The translations under genes were made by a program, and so were the position numbers. Under the pieces are notes generated by a model that did no database searches, was not told the origin of the DNA, and worked only from the letters and a program-made list of their open reading frames with translations. A stretch of 38,943 bases of DNA from Candidatus Micrarchaeia archaeon. Its GTDB lineage: Archaea; Micrarchaeota; Micrarchaeia; Norongarragalinales; UBA8480. The stretch's first letter is position 1; every line of letters begins with the position of its first letter. This document shows positions 35,882 through 38,943 of the stretch, one piece after another. The stretch lies in assembly GCA_039794045.1 (NCBI GenBank), contig JBAMLY010000006.1, positions 1 through 38,943 on the forward strand, in the 5' to 3' direction.

Positions 35882-36721
35882 TTGAACGTCATTTCCCAGC
35901 TTGGCGGCATAACAGACTTGTCAACGCCGTTCTCAAAAAAATTCAAGAACAAGATAGCGCAAGACCTCGCCGTCGCCAACATAAAAGCGACTCCCCAAGA
36001 ACTCATTTCCTTCGCCGTAATCGTTTCAGCATTTGCTTCAACCATTTGCTCCCTGTCACTATTCTCGCTCGGACTCGACTTGACTGCAAGCATCGCATTA
36101 CAGCCAGCCGCCTTCGCTGCCTGTTTTTACGCCTTGTCCACTTACCCGCGAGCCAAGGCAAGAGAAAGAGCAGAAATACTTGAACGCGACCTCGCAATCG
36201 CATTGCGTACTGCAAGCGTTGAACTCGCGAGCGGCGCTTCCTTCGAGAAAGCCCTCTACTCTGTGGCCAGGGGAGGATACGGGGAACTCAGCAAGGAATT
36301 CAAGAAAGTCTTGAGCGAAATAGAGGCAGGCGGCGAGAGCGTGGACGCTGCACTACGAAAACTGGCTTCACGAACGCGCTCTCTCTTAGTTCAACGCGCT
36401 TGCATGCAACTCGTGTTCGCTTACGAGCACGGCACAGCGTCAGAAGGCCTGAAAAAACTCGCGGAAGAACTCTCGGAAGTTCAGAAAGCCAAGAGCAGGA
36501 ATTACGCGGCGCAAGCGTCTTTTCTTGGCTTGCTCTTCATTGCGGCGAGCTGCATAGTCCCCGCGTTGTTCGCAGCATACGTTATAGTGGGAAGCGAGTT
36601 CCTCGACTTGAGCTTTACTCCCTCCGACATTGTATTATTCTTCATAGGCGTATTTCCTGCGGCTGACGCCGCCGTACTTTATTACTTGAAGAGCAAAGCA
36701 CCAAAAATAATGACTGCGTGA
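35882..36721 (+). CDS. Type II secretion F-domain (TadB/TadC-like) platform protein
   Basis: TM pair, then ERDLAIALR...SFEKAL...YGELSKEF, then C-terminal TMs; follows the ATPase. Confidence 0.88.
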   Translation: MNVISQLGGITDLSTPFSKKFKNKIAQDLAVANIKATPQELISFAVIVSAFASTICSLSLFSLGLDLTASIALQPAAFAACFYALSTYPRAKARERAEILERDLAIALRTASVELASGASFEKALYSVARGGYGELSKEFKKVLSEIEAGGESVDAALRKLASRTRSLLVQRACMQLVFAYEHGTASEGLKKLAEELSEVQKAKSRNYAAQASFLGLLFIAASCIVPALFAAYVIVGSEFLDLSFTPSDIVLFFIGVFPAADAAVLYYLKSKAPKIMTA

Positions 36722-36727
36722 AAAAAA

Positions 36728-37591
36728 ATGTTTGAAGAAGAACTCAAGCGCCTTGGAGTCAAACTTGAATTCAAGCAATTGCTCGCAGCAACAAGCGCTG
36801 CTTCTGCTGCCGCGGCCGCAATTGAAGCTGCCGTATTCGGTACAACGACTTCCACGCAGTTGCTCTTAGTATTCATCACGCTCTCGTTCCCGCCAGTCTT
36901 GCTTTACTTTTTCTTGGAGTACGCGAGAGAAAAACGCAGGCAAGAAATAGAGGAAGCCTTGCCCTCCGCGTTGTTTCAGATAGCAAGCTTTCCATCTAAA
37001 ACCGGGATAGAGAAAATAATTGCTAGCGTAGCAAAATCAGATTACGGCGCGCTAAGCGAAGAGTTCGCGAGAGCAAAACGCTTGCTGGACGCTGGCGCTT
37101 CAGTGCCGGAAGCGCTTGAATCAATGAGCAAGCGATGCAACTCGCGATTGGTTTCACGCGCGTGCGCCCTCCTGTCGCAGAGCTACAAGAGCGGCGCTAA
37201 CTTGAGCCAGCCACTAAAGGAAGTGGCGGAAGACGTTTTCGACTTGCAAGCGATAGCGCGAGAAAACGCTTCAGCGCTTTCAATGCAGAAGTACACTTTG
37301 ATGGCTGGCGCAGTGCTCGTGCCGCTAATACTCGGCTTGCTCTTAAACATAGTTTCGTCGCTTGACTTAGGAGTAAGCGAGTTCAGCGCACAAAGCAATG
37401 CAGCCCGCCAAGCTCTCTTGCAAGCAGCAGTTTTCGGCGCGCAAGCCTACCTCGTAGCGTTCGCTGCAATCGCGAGCGCGTTCATCGCCTTCCAGGAGGG
37501 AACCCCTAAAAAAGCAGTGCTTTACTTCACTGCCTTTTTTCCGGTTTCCCTCCTCGCCTTTGCCTTGGTTCAATCAGTGAAAGTCATTTAA
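36728..37591 (+). CDS. Type II secretion F-domain (TadC-like) platform protein
   Basis: IEEALPSAL, DYGALSEEF, GASVPEAL, SGANLS. Confidence 0.88.
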   Translation: MFEEELKRLGVKLEFKQLLAATSAASAAAAAIEAAVFGTTTSTQLLLVFITLSFPPVLLYFFLEYAREKRRQEIEEALPSALFQIASFPSKTGIEKIIASVAKSDYGALSEEFARAKRLLDAGASVPEALESMSKRCNSRLVSRACALLSQSYKSGANLSQPLKEVAEDVFDLQAIARENASALSMQKYTLMAGAVLVPLILGLLLNIVSSLDLGVSEFSAQSNAARQALLQAAVFGAQAYLVAFAAIASAFIAFQEGTPKKAVLYFTAFFPVSLLAFALVQSVKVI

Positions 37592-38071
37592 ATCGGCTTC
37601 TCTGGGTAACACGACAACGCTAACGTTGCATGCTTTACTGCTGTCCGCCCCAGAAAAAACTATTACGCCGCTTACTCTTCCGCCGCGCAACAACTCAGGA
37701 AGCCATTCTCCCCCGCCCCACGACAACTTGGGAAGCTCGTCGAAGCGGAAAGCGCTCGCCGCGCTTCCTGCGTGCTTGCTTGAAACGCGGGCAAACGAGC
37801 GCGCAAGCCAAACATGAACCAACCTGTTCTTTTCAGGGGCGCAAGCAAAAACCAGTGACAGCTCGCCTGCCTTCTCCAGTGAACTAGCCGCAACCGACAA
37901 CCCTCCTTCATCGAACAACAAGCGCGAAACAGAGTCCTCTGCCCTTCCTTCCACTAAATCGCAGTAAAAACCATTCCACGCGCCACTACGCCCTCGCAAC
38001 AAAAAAACTTTTTCGTTGAAAGAGTCTACCGCGAAACAAAGCACTGCTTCCCTCAAAGCAAACGCACCCAA
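37574..38071 (-). CDS. Degenerate Nudix-fold (MTH1/8-oxo-dGTPase-like) protein
   Basis: VLCF, GAWNGF, RLLFDEGGL (eroded Nudix box), LEKAGEL, VHVWLA, FDELP, WLPELL. Confidence 0.55.
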   Translation of the reverse strand: MGAFALREAVLCFAVDSFNEKVFLLRGRSGAWNGFYCDLVEGRAEDSVSRLLFDEGGLSVAASSLEKAGELSLVFACAPEKNRLVHVWLARSFARVSSKHAGSAASAFRFDELPKLSWGGGEWLPELLRGGRVSGVIVFSGADSSKACNVSVVVLPREADLNDFH

Positions 38072-38118
38072 CCAAACTCAACAAAGAGTTTAAAACAACT
38101 AAAACCTTTTCCTTCAAG

Positions 38119-38850
38119 GTGGTTGCTTTGATAGAAATACGCGAAATCGAGAAAATCCGTTTGAAGAACCCCATCATAATAGAAGGCTTTCCAGGAATAG
38201 GAATGGTTGGAACCATCAGCGCTTCCTACTTGTCGGAAAAACTAGGCATGAAGCTCGCAGGCTACCTGGCAAGCAACCACTTCCCTCCAGTCGCGGCAAT
38301 CCACGACTACACGCCAGTCTCGCCAGCCCGCATTTACGCAAGCGAAAAACACAACTTAATAGTCTTGTTCAGCGAATTCGTAATCCCCGCCGAAATAGTT
38401 TTGCCGCTCACCGAAAAAATAATTGAGTGGGCGCAAAAGAAAAAAGCGAGAGCAATATATTCTCTTGCAGGCGTCGCCGTCCCAGAGACAGGCAAAAAAA
38501 TTTTTGGAATAGCATCAACCAAGCAAATGCAGGACGTACTAAAGAAAAACGGCGTCGAACTCATTAAGGAAGGAGCCACGCAAGGAGTAAGCGGCGTCTT
38601 GATAGCAGAATGCGCTGCAAAAAAAATTAATGCCGCAAACTTAATGGCGCAAACGCAGGCGCCCCTCGACCCCGGCGCGAGCGCAGTCTTACTAGACAAG
38701 CTAAGCGAAATAATTGGAATAAAGGTTGACACAAAGCCACTCGCAACAGAAGGCCAAAAAATAGAAGAAAAAATAAAGGAAGCACTAAACAAGATGAAGT
38801 CAATGCACGACAACTACAAGGAAATGGAAGCCAATCCAATGTACGCGTAG
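38119..38850 (+). CDS. PAC2 family proteasome assembly chaperone (PbaA/PbaB-like)
   Basis: IIEGFPGIGMVGTI, P.RIY, DPGAS; C-terminal MYA (HbYX). Confidence 0.92.
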   Translation: MVALIEIREIEKIRLKNPIIIEGFPGIGMVGTISASYLSEKLGMKLAGYLASNHFPPVAAIHDYTPVSPARIYASEKHNLIVLFSEFVIPAEIVLPLTEKIIEWAQKKKARAIYSLAGVAVPETGKKIFGIASTKQMQDVLKKNGVELIKEGATQGVSGVLIAECAAKKINAANLMAQTQAPLDPGASAVLLDKLSEIIGIKVDTKPLATEGQKIEEKIKEALNKMKSMHDNYKEMEANPMYA

Positions 38851-38907
38851 TTCGTGCACGAGCACAGGAAAATAATGAAAAACCTGCCGCGTCACTAATT
38901 ATTGAGC

Positions 38908-38943
38908 GCGGGGGTGCCAGAGCCTGGAAAATGGGCAGGAAAA
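38908..38943 (+). tRNA. 5' part of a tRNA-Leu-type gene, truncated by the window end
   Basis: GCGGGGG TG CCA GAGCCTGGAAAA TGG G CAGGA closely matches the 5' half of the Leu gene at 20454; anticodon not visible. Confidence 0.75.

Noticed and set aside
1..38943. CRISPR array, integrase, transposase or rRNA
   Set aside because: No regularly spaced repeats and no such coding or rRNA motifs were seen.

Overview
Archaeal core-genome window, probably DPANN and Micrarchaeota-like. That assignment is inferred from streamlined ribosomal proteins, gene order and intron-rich tRNAs. From about 1.3 to 22.2 kb it carries rpoP, the S10/spc ribosomal superoperon (uL3 to uL15, secY, DUF106, eL34, cmk, eL14, cbf5) and the S13-S4-S11-rpoD / eL18-uL13-uS9-rpoN cluster. 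The rest holds a HAD hydrolase, scpA, VIT1, a KaiC-like ATPase, class II RNR, Dus, PMM/PGM, GT2, geranylgeranyl reductase, uppS, a DUF192-ATPase-TadB/C pilus-type operon and a PAC2 chaperone. Two signals stand out. (1) All five complete tRNA genes are interrupted, with 10 bulge-helix-bulge (BHB) introns folded by hand and only 2 at the canonical 37/38 site. Four sit at T-loop 59/60, one splits the Pro anticodon (34/35), and tRNA-Gly has three. Several introns share short hairpin modules, one of which also occurs free-standing, and one intron contains an insertion flanked by 14-bp direct repeats. (2) The pilus/secretion ATPase carries an N-terminal 12-Cys, probably three-cluster [4Fe-4S] ferredoxin domain. 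All homology calls come from motif recognition by eye; no searches were run.
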